A stretch of 64,000 bases of DNA from Anaerolineales bacterium. Lineage in GTDB: Bacteria > Chloroflexota > Anaerolineae > Anaerolineales > UBA4823. The notes beneath the pieces were generated by a model, which was not told the DNA's origin, made no database searches, and worked only from the letters and a program-made list of their open reading frames with translations. Below, piece by piece: positions 1-9,700 of the stretch; the first letter of the stretch is position 1; the number at the start of each line of letters is the position of its first letter. The position numbers were made by a program, and so were the translations under genes. The stretch covers positions 20,549 to 84,548 of the forward strand of contig JAGUYW010000030.1 of the NCBI GenBank assembly GCA_020061105.1, written 5' to 3'.

Positions 1-410
1 TGCCCGAAGGGCGGGTTTTGGACGACGTGGCGATCAACCTGGATTTCTTTTCCACCTTTCTCAAGCTGGCAGGCGCGCCGCTCCCGCAAGATCGCATTAT
101 TGATGGCAGAGATATCCTGCCGCTCTGGCAAGGTGCAGCCGGCGCCGGGCACGAAGCAATCTACTATTATAAAAGCAGCAACCTGCTTGGCTTGCGCTAC
201 CGCGATTGGAAATACCTGCGCCGCCATATGACCGATAATGGCGGTTATGCCAGCCTGAGGCAGGGGCCGTTTTTATTCAACCTGGCTTCCGACCCAGATG
301 AATCGTATAACCTGATCGAATCACGCCCTGAGGTCAGCGCCCAATTGAACGGCATGATGGACGAGTGGGATTCCGCCATTCACCAAAATGTGCGCGGCTG
401 GATTGAATAG
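1..410 (+). CDS. Sulfatase-family protein, C-terminal fragment (5' end outside window)
   Basis: The reading frame of ORF 18..410 stays open to the window edge. The patterns DFFSTFLKLAGAPLPQDRIIDGRDILPLW and FLFNLASDPDESYNL resemble arylsulfatase C-termini. Confidence 0.6.
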   Translation, partial: PEGRVLDDVAINLDFFSTFLKLAGAPLPQDRIIDGRDILPLWQGAAGAGHEAIYYYKSSNLLGLRYRDWKYLRRHMTDNGGYASLRQGPFLFNLASDPDESYNLIESRPEVSAQLNGMMDEWDSAIHQNVRGWIE

Positions 411-486
411 GCGATTGAGTGGTAGAATCTAAACATCATACCATTCCCTGCAGTTCATCTCAGACCTGCATGTAAAGGATATTAAC

Positions 487-1149
487 ATGACCCAAACAAG
501 AAAATTTGTCGCAGTTTTTGCGATTACTTTGAGCTTAGTTTTTATGGCAGCTTGTAGTTCACCCACTCCCACCAGCGCTCCTACTCCTGACCTCGATTTG
601 GTGCGCACAGAAGCAGCTGCCACAGTCTTTGCCCAGGTCACTCGCGACCTGGCGCTTACCCCTTCGCCCACACCCCTACCCAGCCCAACGCTTGCGCCCT
701 CGCCAACCCTTGAGCCAACTGAGGCGGTGGAACCCTCACCCGCAACCACGACAGTCGTAATCGCCCCTACCGGTGGTGAAAATCGCGCCGAATGGGTTTC
801 ACAATCCATCGCGGATGATACTGTCTTTGCCCCCGGCGAGATTTTCACGATGACCTGGCAGTTGCGTAATGTCGGCGCTTCCTCCTGGACGGTCGGATAC
901 CGGTTGCGCTTCTACAGCGGCGAGACCTTTGGAGCGCCGACTGAATTGCTACTTGGCCAGATCGTGCTTCCTGGCGATACGGTAGAGATCACCATTCAGA
1001 TGCGAGCTCCCAATAACCCGGGTACTTACCGCACCGATTGGGTGATGTCTACGGAGAGCCTGGCAAACTTCAACGAGCCAGTCTTCCTGCGCATTATCGT
1101 CGCTGTGCCATTGGCCACTTCTACAACCGCTCCTACTTCCACTCCATGA
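487..1149 (+). CDS. Secreted lipoprotein with Pro/Thr-rich linker and NBR1-like (Ig-like) domain
   Basis: Signal peptide with lipobox (VFMAAC), then an SPTPT-rich linker. Domain motif FAPGEIFTMTWQLRNVGASSWTVGYRLRFYSGE...PGDTVEITIQMRAPNNPGTYRTDWVM. Paralogous to the domain in 18125..19414. Confidence 0.6.
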   Translation: MTQTRKFVAVFAITLSLVFMAACSSPTPTSAPTPDLDLVRTEAAATVFAQVTRDLALTPSPTPLPSPTLAPSPTLEPTEAVEPSPATTTVVIAPTGGENRAEWVSQSIADDTVFAPGEIFTMTWQLRNVGASSWTVGYRLRFYSGETFGAPTELLLGQIVLPGDTVEITIQMRAPNNPGTYRTDWVMSTESLANFNEPVFLRIIVAVPLATSTTAPTSTP

Positions 1150-1180
1150 TCTGTGCATCTTCTGAGGCGAGGTCGCATCG

Positions 1181-4100
1181 ATGCGTAACTTTTTCCCGTG
1201 GTGGGTCCTTTTATGCCTGATTCCGACTCTGCTCTCTGGATGTGCGCCGCGCTCCACCGCCCTGCCGGTTAGCCAGGCCCCTCCTCTCGCCACGTCCGCC
1301 CCACAACTTCCGACTTCGGAAATTTCACCCAAGGCTTCTGCGCTGTTGGGCATCTTCGCCCGTAATTTACGCTTCGAGAGCCTTTCCTTAGAACAGGGCT
1401 TATCGCAAAGTGTGGTAGTGGATATCCTGCAAGACCAGCAAGGATTTCTTTGGTTTGCCACCCAGGATGGCCTTAACCGCTATGATGGCTACGAATTCCG
1501 CATCTTTAAATTCGATCGCGATGACCCGTTCAGCCTGAGCGACAACTTTATCACCTCTCTGGATATTGATTCGGCCGGGTGTTTATGGATCGGCACGAGC
1601 AATGGCCTGAATCGCTTTGATCCTGCCAAAGGTCAGTTTGAGCGTTTCTATCACGACCCTACACAACCGGCCAGTTTGAGCGATTCAAACATCACCAGCC
1701 TGGTGGTCGGCCGCGATGGGTTGGTTTGGGTGGGTACTACCCTGGGTGGTATTAACCAGATCAATCCCGAAACTGGCGCCATCACGCGCTATCGTTCAAT
1801 CGATGGCGATCCTGATAGTTTGAGCGCTAATAGCATTTTGAACTTGTTGGAAGATCAAAACGGCGATATCTGGGCGGCTATCAATGGCGGCGGTTTGGAT
1901 CGTCTGGATCGCCAAAGTGGCCGATTTGCCCATTACACCAATGATCTGCGCAATCCGCACAGCCTGAGCGACAATGCCATTTTGAGCATGTACCAGGATC
2001 GCCGGGGGCAATTGTGGTTTGGTTCTTACAGCGCCGGGCTTAATCGATATATTCCTGAAAGCGACAATTTTATCCGTTACCAGCATGACCCTGCTGACCC
2101 TGATAGCCTGAGCAATGATGTGATCCAGTCTATCTTTGAAGATGAACAAGGTCGTTTTTGGGTGGGCACCAATGGAGGCGGGCTCAATCTGCTTGACCGT
2201 GACAGCGATCAATTCACCCATTATCGCAGAGATCCCGTTGATCCGTATAGTTTATCTAATGATCAGGTTTTTGCAATCTATCAAGATCGTTCTGGCATAC
2301 TTTGGTTTGGCACCTTTGGGGGCGGTATTGCCATGCATGATCCACGCAAAGATAAATTCTTGCGTATTCAATCCGCCCCCAATCAAACTAACGGCCTATC
2401 CAGTAACCTGACCTGGGCGATTATCCAGGATGATCAAGGCCGGCTGTGGGTTGGTACGCATGGTGGGGGACTCAATCGCTTTGATCCATCTTCCGGCGGG
2501 TGGAAGAATTATCACTCTGGCAATAGCGGCTTGAACAATGATATTGTTTATTATATTTACATCGCTCAAGATGGCCAGTTTTGGTTAGGAACGAATAATG
2601 GGCTGGCGCGCTTCGATCCTGATCGTGAAGAGTTTGAGACGTACAGCCCGGGCTATGTGGTGCTGAATATCCTGGAAAACCCGCCAGGACAGATTTGGTT
2701 TACAGCCGCCGGTTTTGGCTTAGTACGATTGGATCACCAAACCCTGCAGGCGCAGTTTTTCCAAAATCAACCTGACAACCCCGATTCTTTAGCCAGCAAT
2801 TCGATCATGGCTCTGCATCAGGCGCCGCAAGGCAATTTTTGGGTTGGCAGTGTCGGCGGCGGGCTCAATCTTTTCGACCCAATCACAGGCAAGGTGACGC
2901 GCTACGAGGTTATTTCCAGCGATACGATTTTATGCATTCATCCGACCGTTGGCGGTAGTCTTTGGCTGGGGACAACCACCGGACTGAAATGGTTCGATCC
3001 TCAGACCGGTGATCTACAGGTCTGGGGCGAGAAGGATGGCTTGCCGAATAATACCGTTTACGGTATTCTGGAAGATGAAAGTGGGCGTTTGTGGCTTTCT
3101 ACCAACCGCGGCCTCTCGCGTTTCGATCCGTTGAATAAAATATTTCGAAATTATTCCCCATCTGATGGTTTACAAAGCGTAGAATTCAACCAGATGAGTT
3201 ATTATCAAAATGCTGATGGGGTGATGTTCTTTGGCGGTGTAAACGGCATCAATCTGTTTCACCCCACCCTGGTACAGGACAACCCTTTCATCTCGCCGGT
3301 GGTGATTACAGATTTTAAACTGTTTAATCAACCTGTTCCCGTGGCTCCAGACTCGCCCCTCAGGCAGCCAATCGAGGTCACTCAAGAAATTCATTTGGAT
3401 TATACGGACGATTTTTTCGAATTCGAATTTGCTGCCTTGCATTACTCATCGCCTTTGGTGAACCAATATGCCTACCGGATGGACAACCTGGATGAGAATT
3501 GGAATTACGTAGGCAATCGGCGCTTTGCCAGTTACACCAATGTTCCGCCCGGCGAGTATGTGTTTCGAGTCAAAGCCTCCAATAGCGACGGCGTCTGGAA
3601 TGAGCAAGGTGTTGCCTTACGCATCTTTATCCCCCCGCCTTTCTGGCAAACAACCTGGTTTCGCTTGTTAGCCATTGTTGGTTTGTTCAGTGCAGTCTTT
3701 GGGATTGCCTGGCTGCGCGTGCGCTCGATTGAGATTCAACGCCAACGCCTGGAAATGCTTGTGGATGAACGCACACAGCAGTTGCGCCAGGCAATCCTCG
3801 ATTTAGAGCAGTCCAAAGAGGCCGCCGAGTCTGCCAACCGCGCCAAAAGCGCCTTTCTTGCCAACATGAGCCATGAGTTTCGCACACCGCTCAACGCCAT
3901 CCTGGGCTTTACGCAAGTCATGAAACGCGACCAGGGTATTCAACCGGCCCAGCATGAAAGCCTCGCGATTATTCAGCGCAGCAGCGAACACTTGTTGGGG
4001 TTGATTAATGATGTGCTCGATATGTCCAAGATCGAGGCTGGCCGTGCTGGGCTTAAAAACATTAATTTCGACTTGTACCGGTTGTTGGATGGCCTGGAAG

Positions 4101-5296
4101 AGATGTTCGCGCTGCGCGCCGCGGATAAAGGACTGACATTGACGTTGCATTGTTCAAGAGATGTGCCTCCGCTCATCTGCGCCGATGAAGGCAAGCTGCG
4201 TCAGGTACTGATGAATCTGCTTGGCAATGCCGTCAAATTCACTCAACAAGGCCAGGTTATTTTGCGCGTCGACCGCGTTGCCCCTGGCCAACAATCTGAA
4301 AGTCTGGAACAGGCGCGCATATCTTTTGTTATCCAGGACACAGGTCCGGGCATCAGCCCTGACGAACTTCAAACTATATTCATCCCCTTCGTGCAAACTG
4401 CTGCTGGAAAAAAATCTCAAGAAGGTACAGGCCTGGGTTTGAGCATCAGCCAACAGTTCGTCAACTTGATGGGTGGCGAGATTGGCGTCGAAAGTGTAGT
4501 TGGACATGGCAGCACTTTCTCTTTCGACATCCCTGTTACAGTTGTCGACCCGGACGAATTGGAACTTCCCCAACCAACTCGCCAGGTAATTGGGCTCGCG
4601 CCTGGGCAGCCTACTTTCCGCCTGTTGGTTGTCGATGATCAGGAAGTGAACCGCCGCTTGCTGGTGCGCATTTTCACTCCGCTGGGCTTCGAAGTGCGCG
4701 AAGCCGCCAATGGTCAAGAAGCGATCGATATTTGGGAGAACTGGCAGCCTCATCTAATATGGATGGATATGCGGATGCCGGTATTGGATGGATATGAAGC
4801 CACCCGGCGGATTAAAGCCAGCACCCGCGGCCAGGCGACGATCATTGTGGCCCTAACTGCCAGCGGCCTGGAAGAAGAAAAGAGTGTCATCCTTTCGGAA
4901 GGTTGCGATGATTACATGCGCAAACCTTTTTTGGAACGAGATCTATTCGCAGTGCTCGAACGGCATCTGGGTGTGCGCTTTGTTTACCAATCGATCGACA
5001 GAGATGCGTCTGCTGTACTGGCGCATAGTTCGCCCGATGCCCGGTCGATCATCGAAGCAGATTTTCTGGATAAGTTGGCTTCTTCATCTCCAGGCTGGTT
5101 GGATGAATTGGAACGGGCAGCCACGCTCGGTGATGTCAAGGCCTTGGAGCATTTCGCTGCCCAGGCGTCTGCAAGCGATCCTGACCTGGCCAACGGCCTC
5201 GCCAGCCTGGCGCAACGCTTTGATTATGATGGTCTGCTCGATTTGATCAAGCGCTCTCGCAAGGATGAACACGATGAATCCCAATCAACTCACTGA
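1181..5296 (+). CDS. Hybrid sensor histidine kinase: extracytoplasmic two-component-regulator beta-propeller repeats + Y_Y_Y domain, TM, HisKA, HATPase_c, REC, C-terminal helical tail
   Basis: Lipobox-like LLSGC. More than 12 repeats of the type FLWFATQDGLNRYDG. TM segment WFRLLAIVGLFSAVFGIAWL. H-box MSHEFRTPLNAI and G2 box GTGLGLSISQ. Receiver LLVVDDQEVNRRLL...WMDMRMPVLDG. GAGG RBS 7 nt before the ATG. Confidence 0.9.
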   Translation: MRNFFPWWVLLCLIPTLLSGCAPRSTALPVSQAPPLATSAPQLPTSEISPKASALLGIFARNLRFESLSLEQGLSQSVVVDILQDQQGFLWFATQDGLNRYDGYEFRIFKFDRDDPFSLSDNFITSLDIDSAGCLWIGTSNGLNRFDPAKGQFERFYHDPTQPASLSDSNITSLVVGRDGLVWVGTTLGGINQINPETGAITRYRSIDGDPDSLSANSILNLLEDQNGDIWAAINGGGLDRLDRQSGRFAHYTNDLRNPHSLSDNAILSMYQDRRGQLWFGSYSAGLNRYIPESDNFIRYQHDPADPDSLSNDVIQSIFEDEQGRFWVGTNGGGLNLLDRDSDQFTHYRRDPVDPYSLSNDQVFAIYQDRSGILWFGTFGGGIAMHDPRKDKFLRIQSAPNQTNGLSSNLTWAIIQDDQGRLWVGTHGGGLNRFDPSSGGWKNYHSGNSGLNNDIVYYIYIAQDGQFWLGTNNGLARFDPDREEFETYSPGYVVLNILENPPGQIWFTAAGFGLVRLDHQTLQAQFFQNQPDNPDSLASNSIMALHQAPQGNFWVGSVGGGLNLFDPITGKVTRYEVISSDTILCIHPTVGGSLWLGTTTGLKWFDPQTGDLQVWGEKDGLPNNTVYGILEDESGRLWLSTNRGLSRFDPLNKIFRNYSPSDGLQSVEFNQMSYYQNADGVMFFGGVNGINLFHPTLVQDNPFISPVVITDFKLFNQPVPVAPDSPLRQPIEVTQEIHLDYTDDFFEFEFAALHYSSPLVNQYAYRMDNLDENWNYVGNRRFASYTNVPPGEYVFRVKASNSDGVWNEQGVALRIFIPPPFWQTTWFRLLAIVGLFSAVFGIAWLRVRSIEIQRQRLEMLVDERTQQLRQAILDLEQSKEAAESANRAKSAFLANMSHEFRTPLNAILGFTQVMKRDQGIQPAQHESLAIIQRSSEHLLGLINDVLDMSKIEAGRAGLKNINFDLYRLLDGLEEMFALRAADKGLTLTLHCSRDVPPLICADEGKLRQVLMNLLGNAVKFTQQGQVILRVDRVAPGQQSESLEQARISFVIQDTGPGISPDELQTIFIPFVQTAAGKKSQEGTGLGLSISQQFVNLMGGEIGVESVVGHGSTFSFDIPVTVVDPDELELPQPTRQVIGLAPGQPTFRLLVVDDQEVNRRLLVRIFTPLGFEVREAANGQEAIDIWENWQPHLIWMDMRMPVLDGYEATRRIKASTRGQATIIVALTASGLEEEKSVILSEGCDDYMRKPFLERDLFAVLERHLGVRFVYQSIDRDASAVLAHSSPDARSIIEADFLDKLASSSPGWLDELERAATLGDVKALEHFAAQASASDPDLANGLASLAQRFDYDGLLDLIKRSRKDEHDESQSTH

Positions 5297-6494
5297 AAAA
5301 CAGTCGGCTTCAGAGAGCATCCTGATTGTCGATGATACCCCCGCTAACCTGCGCCTGCTCTCCGAAATTTTACAACAGCGTGGCTACCAGGTGCGCGCGG
5401 CGGCCAATGGGCGCCGCGCCTTGGCTTCGGTCGCTGCTGAACCGCCTGATCTGATCTTGCTGGATATCCGCATGCCTGAGCTAGATGGTTACGAAGTCTG
5501 CTTGCAGTTAAAAGAACGCTCCCAGAGTCGCGATATCCCGGTCTTGTTCATCAGCGCCCTGGATGAAATTCAGGACAAAATGAAGGCTTTCGCTGTTGGC
5601 GGTTTGGATTATATTACCAAGCCCTTCCAGGTTGAAGAAGTGGTCGCCAGGGTCGATACCCACCTGGCGCTGCGTCGCCTACAGAAGAACCTGCTAGAAG
5701 CCAATCAGCGCATGCAGAACGAACTGGAACTGGCAGCCCAGGTGCAAGCCAGCATGATGCGCCGCCGGTTTCCCAATATCCCTGACTGGCAGCTGGCGGT
5801 GAAATTGATTCCCGCTAAGCAAACCTGCGGCGATTTCTTCGATGTACTGCGCTTGCCCGATAGACAGATCGGATTGATCATTGCCGATGTGGTTGACAAA
5901 GGTGTTGGCGCAGCGCTGTATATGTCGATGAGTTGCGCCTTGCTGCGCACCTATGTCATGGAATACCCTACCCAACCGGCGCAGGCTTTGGCTGCTGTCA
6001 ACCAGCGCATTTTGGAAGACACCACCAGCGACCAGTTCGTCACGGTTTTTCTCGGCGTTCTCGACCCGCAAACCGGTCGCCTGCTCTATAGCAACGCTGG
6101 TCATAACCCGCCAGTGCTAGCGCGCCCCCTGCCAAAACAACCCACCAATCCGGCTGGAGGGTCTTCGTCGATTACAGAACTTGCTCGAACCGGGATGGCC
6201 CTGGGAGTCATATCAGATTCTGAGTGGCAGCAAGCCGAGGCGCAACTGGCGCCAGGGGATGGATTAGTTTTATACACGGATGGCGTTACCGACGCCGAAA
6301 ATTCTCATGGCAAGGAGTATGACGTTGCTCGCTTGCACCGTGTGGTGCAGTCCAACCTGCATTTACCCGCCGAGGGGCTGCGCGATGCGATTATCGCAGA
6401 CATCGATCAATGGACCGGTGCAGAAGGCGCTACCGCCCCTTCTGGCGGTCAGTTCGATGACATTGCCCTGATGATTCTGAAGTATACCGGCTGA
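5265..6494 (+). CDS. Response regulator receiver fused to PP2C/SpoIIE-type Ser/Thr phosphatase (RsbU-like)
   Basis: REC motifs ILIVDDTPANL...LLDIRMPELDGYEV...KPF. PP2C/SpoIIE motifs GDFFDV...IADVVDKGVGAALYMS...YTDGVTDAEN. The start overlaps the kinase stop by 32 nt (23 nt if ATG 5274 is used). Confidence 0.85.
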   Translation: MNTMNPNQLTEKQSASESILIVDDTPANLRLLSEILQQRGYQVRAAANGRRALASVAAEPPDLILLDIRMPELDGYEVCLQLKERSQSRDIPVLFISALDEIQDKMKAFAVGGLDYITKPFQVEEVVARVDTHLALRRLQKNLLEANQRMQNELELAAQVQASMMRRRFPNIPDWQLAVKLIPAKQTCGDFFDVLRLPDRQIGLIIADVVDKGVGAALYMSMSCALLRTYVMEYPTQPAQALAAVNQRILEDTTSDQFVTVFLGVLDPQTGRLLYSNAGHNPPVLARPLPKQPTNPAGGSSSITELARTGMALGVISDSEWQQAEAQLAPGDGLVLYTDGVTDAENSHGKEYDVARLHRVVQSNLHLPAEGLRDAIIADIDQWTGAEGATAPSGGQFDDIALMILKYTG

Positions 6495-6528
6495 ACCCAA
6501 TCGTGGAATCGTCTTCTAGGAGGCTGGC

Positions 6529-6939
6529 ATGAATGCAACTTTTTATTTCAAGCTGTATCTGGCGACTTTTGCTGTCTTCATGGTTATTGACTTGATCTGG
6601 CTGGGTCTGGTAGCACGCGGCCTGTACAATCAATACCTGGGCTATCTGCTTGCGCCCAAGGTTAACTGGGCGGCGGCGATTTTGTTTTACCTGCTGTGGA
6701 TTGGCGGGTTACTGTTCTTCGCTCTGGTGCCCGGACTGCAGGCCGAATCCTTCGGAAAAGCGCTCTTGTATGGGGCATTGTTTGGTTTTATCACCTACGC
6801 CACCTACGACCTGACCAACCTGGCAACAGTCAAAGATTGGCCGGTAGCAATCACGATTATTGATATGATTTGGGGAACGTTTTTAGCCAGCGCCACCACC
6901 GCAGCCAGCTTTTTTATTGGGCGCTGGCTGCTCGGATAG
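6529..6939 (+). CDS. Small integral membrane protein (DUF2177-like)
   Basis: 136 aa with four hydrophobic segments. N-terminus FYFKLYLATFAVFMVIDLIWLGLVARGLY recalls DUF2177. Confidence 0.55.
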   Translation: MNATFYFKLYLATFAVFMVIDLIWLGLVARGLYNQYLGYLLAPKVNWAAAILFYLLWIGGLLFFALVPGLQAESFGKALLYGALFGFITYATYDLTNLATVKDWPVAITIIDMIWGTFLASATTAASFFIGRWLLG

Positions 6940-6984
6940 CTCAGGTCGGGAATTTTTCTCACATCAGGGATTATAGGGGCGTTT

Positions 6985-8163
6985 TTATTGCGGCACAGGC
7001 CGTCCACCCTGAATAAACACCCGTGCTACTCTTGGTAGCAGTCCGGTGGTTACTTCGTAGTTGATTGTGCCAGCCAGTTCAGCGACCTCTTCGGCCGAAA
7101 TATGCCCGGCGCCCTGGCGACCGATTAAAACCGCTTCATCGCCCAACTTTACTCCTGGAATATGGCTGATATCGATCACGATCTGGTCCATGCTCACCCG
7201 TCCGACTACCGGCGCGCGCTGCCCGCGTACCAGCACCACACCTTTGTTCGACAGGCTGCGATGGTATCCATCGCCATAACCGGCTGGCAATAAGGCCACT
7301 GTAGTAGCTTGTTGGGTAACATGAGTGCGCCCGTAGCCAATCCCTGCTCCCGCCGGCAACTGGCGCACCCGTGCCACCATGCTTTTGAGCGCCAACGCTG
7401 GACGAATTTCGAATGGCGGCGCCCACTCGTTAGATGGGCGCAGACCGTAGATGCCAATGCCCGGTCGCACAGCATCCAGGTGCGACTGCGGCAAAGTCAT
7501 CGCAGCTGCGCTATTTGCGGCGTGCACCAGCGGGATGCGGATACCAGCCTGTTCAACCGCTGTCCGAACTTCGTTGAAAACTTGCCATTGCGCCAGCGCC
7601 TGGGTTTGGTCAGCCCAATCGGCTGTGGCAAAATGCGTGAAAAGACCTTCTATTGCAATCCCACCAAATCCGCCTGCAGACTGCCGGGCGATGCCTTGCA
7701 GGGCGCGTAGAAATTCCACTACCTCATCCGGCAGTAAACCATAGCGTCCCATGCCGGTATCCACCTTGACATGCACTGGGATTACCCGCCCACGGGCGCT
7801 GGCTTGCGCCGCCAGTGCCTGGGCGAATTCCAGGGTCGTTACACTGGGAGTCAAACGCCACTCGGCTGCCAAGGCAGCTCCGCTGGGGGGAGTATAGCCC
7901 ATGACCAGCACCGGCGCGTCAACCCATGCCTGGCGCAGCGCCACACCCTCGCCTACCCGGTGTACTGCCAACATACTTGCCCCGGCAGCCACGGCTGCTT
8001 GAGCGACCGGCGCCGCCCCATGTCCATAGGCATTGGCCTTGACAACTCCAATCACCTGCGCCAGCGGGTCGATATGGCGCTTGAAAGCGCGCACATTGTA
8101 TTGAATTGCATCCAGGTCAATCTCAGCCCAGGTGACTGCGCCTTCTGGCGCTGCAGCAAACAT
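6985..8163 (-). CDS. alr: Alanine racemase
   Basis: PLP-lysine motif VVKANAYGHGA. Full-length 392 aa with the C-terminal MDQIVIDI and INYEV motifs. The start lies 5 nt after the livF stop, with a GGAGGG RBS inside the livF 3' end. Confidence 0.9.
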   Translation of the reverse strand: MFAAAPEGAVTWAEIDLDAIQYNVRAFKRHIDPLAQVIGVVKANAYGHGAAPVAQAAVAAGASMLAVHRVGEGVALRQAWVDAPVLVMGYTPPSGAALAAEWRLTPSVTTLEFAQALAAQASARGRVIPVHVKVDTGMGRYGLLPDEVVEFLRALQGIARQSAGGFGGIAIEGLFTHFATADWADQTQALAQWQVFNEVRTAVEQAGIRIPLVHAANSAAAMTLPQSHLDAVRPGIGIYGLRPSNEWAPPFEIRPALALKSMVARVRQLPAGAGIGYGRTHVTQQATTVALLPAGYGDGYHRSLSNKGVVLVRGQRAPVVGRVSMDQIVIDISHIPGVKLGDEAVLIGRQGAGHISAEEVAELAGTINYEVTTGLLPRVARVFIQGGRPVPQ

Positions 8164-8168
8164 CGTCG

Positions 8169-8924
8169 TTACCCTCCCAGGTAAGCCTCACGCACTCTCG
8201 GATCTTTCAATAGCTCCTCACCTGTGCCTGCCAGGGTGATGGTTCCTGTTTCGAGCACATAGGCGCGCGAAGCCACTCGCAAAGCCATATTGGCGTTTTG
8301 TTCCACCAGCAGCACTGTTGTGCCCTGGCGGTTAATCTCTTGCACCACCTGGAAGATATCTCGCACCAAAACCGGCGCCAGCCCCATCGAGGGTTCATCT
8401 AGCAGCATCATTTTCGCGCGGCTCATTAAAGCGCGTCCCACAGCCAGCATCTGCTGTTCGCCGCCTGAGAGCGTGCCGCTCAATTGGCTTTGGCGTTCTT
8501 GCAAGCGTGGAAAAATTTTAAACACACGCTCGTAATCATCAGCGATCGCCCCCTTGTCTTTGCGTTGCCAGGTGGCAAGCTTTAAGTTTTCAAGCACCGT
8601 CAGGTTGCCAAAAATACCGCGTCCCTCCGGCACCTGAGCTATTCCGCGCCCCACGATTTGGTCGGCTGGCACACGCCGTAAACTTTGCCCCTGGTACCAG
8701 ATATCTCCCGAATAGGGCACCAGACCGGAAATGCCGCGCAAGGTGGTGGACTTGCCTGCCCCGTTGGCGCCGATCAAGGTGACGATCTCTCCCTCATACA
8801 CATCGAAGGAGATGCCTTTCACCGCCAGGATATTCCCATAGGAGATGACCAGGTCCCGCACTGCCAGCAAGGGAATCTGATCGTCGCTGCGCGGGGATGA
8901 TGTTGGAAGAGAAGCAGCGCTCAT
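8169..8924 (-). CDS. livF: Branched-chain amino acid ABC transporter ATP-binding protein
   Basis: Walker A GANGAGKST, signature LSGGEQQML, Walker B MMLLDEPS. Overlaps livG by 4 nt. Confidence 0.85.
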   Translation of the reverse strand: MSAASLPTSSPRSDDQIPLLAVRDLVISYGNILAVKGISFDVYEGEIVTLIGANGAGKSTTLRGISGLVPYSGDIWYQGQSLRRVPADQIVGRGIAQVPEGRGIFGNLTVLENLKLATWQRKDKGAIADDYERVFKIFPRLQERQSQLSGTLSGGEQQMLAVGRALMSRAKMMLLDEPSMGLAPVLVRDIFQVVQEINRQGTTVLLVEQNANMALRVASRAYVLETGTITLAGTGEELLKDPRVREAYLGG

Positions 8925-9700
8925 AGATCATCTCCTTCGCCCAGGTAAGCTTCCAGTACCTCAGAATTATTTTGAATCTCAACCGGCAGCCCTTCTGCAA
9001 TCGTCTTGCCAAAATCCAACACCTTCAGGCGTTCGCAGATGTTCATCACCAAGCGCATCTGGTGTTCGATCAAGATGATCGTCAGATCGAACTCCTGGCG
9101 AATCCAGGCGATAAACTCCATCAGCCGGTCAATCTCCTTCGGGTTAATCCCTGCTGCTGGTTCATCCAGCAGCAGAATTTTGGGCCGGGTGGCCATCGCG
9201 CGGGCGATCTCCAGCCTGCGCTGCAAGCCATAGGGCAGGTTCATCGCTAATTCGCTGGCGTAATCGTGAAGTTTGAAAAATTCTAGCAGTTCCAGGGCGT
9301 AATTTTGAATGCGCGTTTCTTCGCTGCGAAAACGACCCAGGTGCAGCAAGGCTTCCCACGGGCTATACCCGACCTGGTTGAATGCGGCAATGCGCACATT
9401 ATCCAGTACGGTCAGTTCCCTGAAAAGGCGAATATTCTGAAAAGTACGCGCGATGCCCAGGGCGGTCACCTGGTTGGGGCGCAGACCAACCAGTTCCACC
9501 GCCTGCCCATTATTGAAAAACTGGATGCTTCCCTGGCTGGCTTTATAGACGCCGGTAATCAGGTTGAAGACGGTGGTTTTGCCAGCTCCATTCGGGCCGA
9601 TAATGCCCACCAGTTCGCCTGGTTGCAGATCTAGATTGAAATCCATCACTGCGCACAAACCGCCGAAGTAGTGGGTCAGGCTTTTAGTCTGCAGCAGCAT
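8921..9700 (-). CDS. livG: Branched-chain amino acid ABC transporter ATP-binding protein
   Basis: Walker [34 protein letters not shown]. Start moved to ATG 9700 (MLLQTKSL), which has a GGAGGTGG RBS. The ORF-track start at 9781 lies inside livM. Confidence 0.85.
   Translation of the reverse strand: MLLQTKSLTHYFGGLCAVMDFNLDLQPGELVGIIGPNGAGKTTVFNLITGVYKASQGSIQFFNNGQAVELVGLRPNQVTALGIARTFQNIRLFRELTVLDNVRIAAFNQVGYSPWEALLHLGRFRSEETRIQNYALELLEFFKLHDYASELAMNLPYGLQRRLEIARAMATRPKILLLDEPAAGINPKEIDRLMEFIAWIRQEFDLTIILIEHQMRLVMNICERLKVLDFGKTIAEGLPVEIQNNSEVLEAYLGEGDDL

Noticed and set aside
4980-5296. C-terminal ~100 aa of the hybrid kinase as an Hpt phosphotransfer domain.
   Set aside because: It is helical, but I could not find the HxxKG-type phospho-histidine motif. 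It is left as an unassigned tail.
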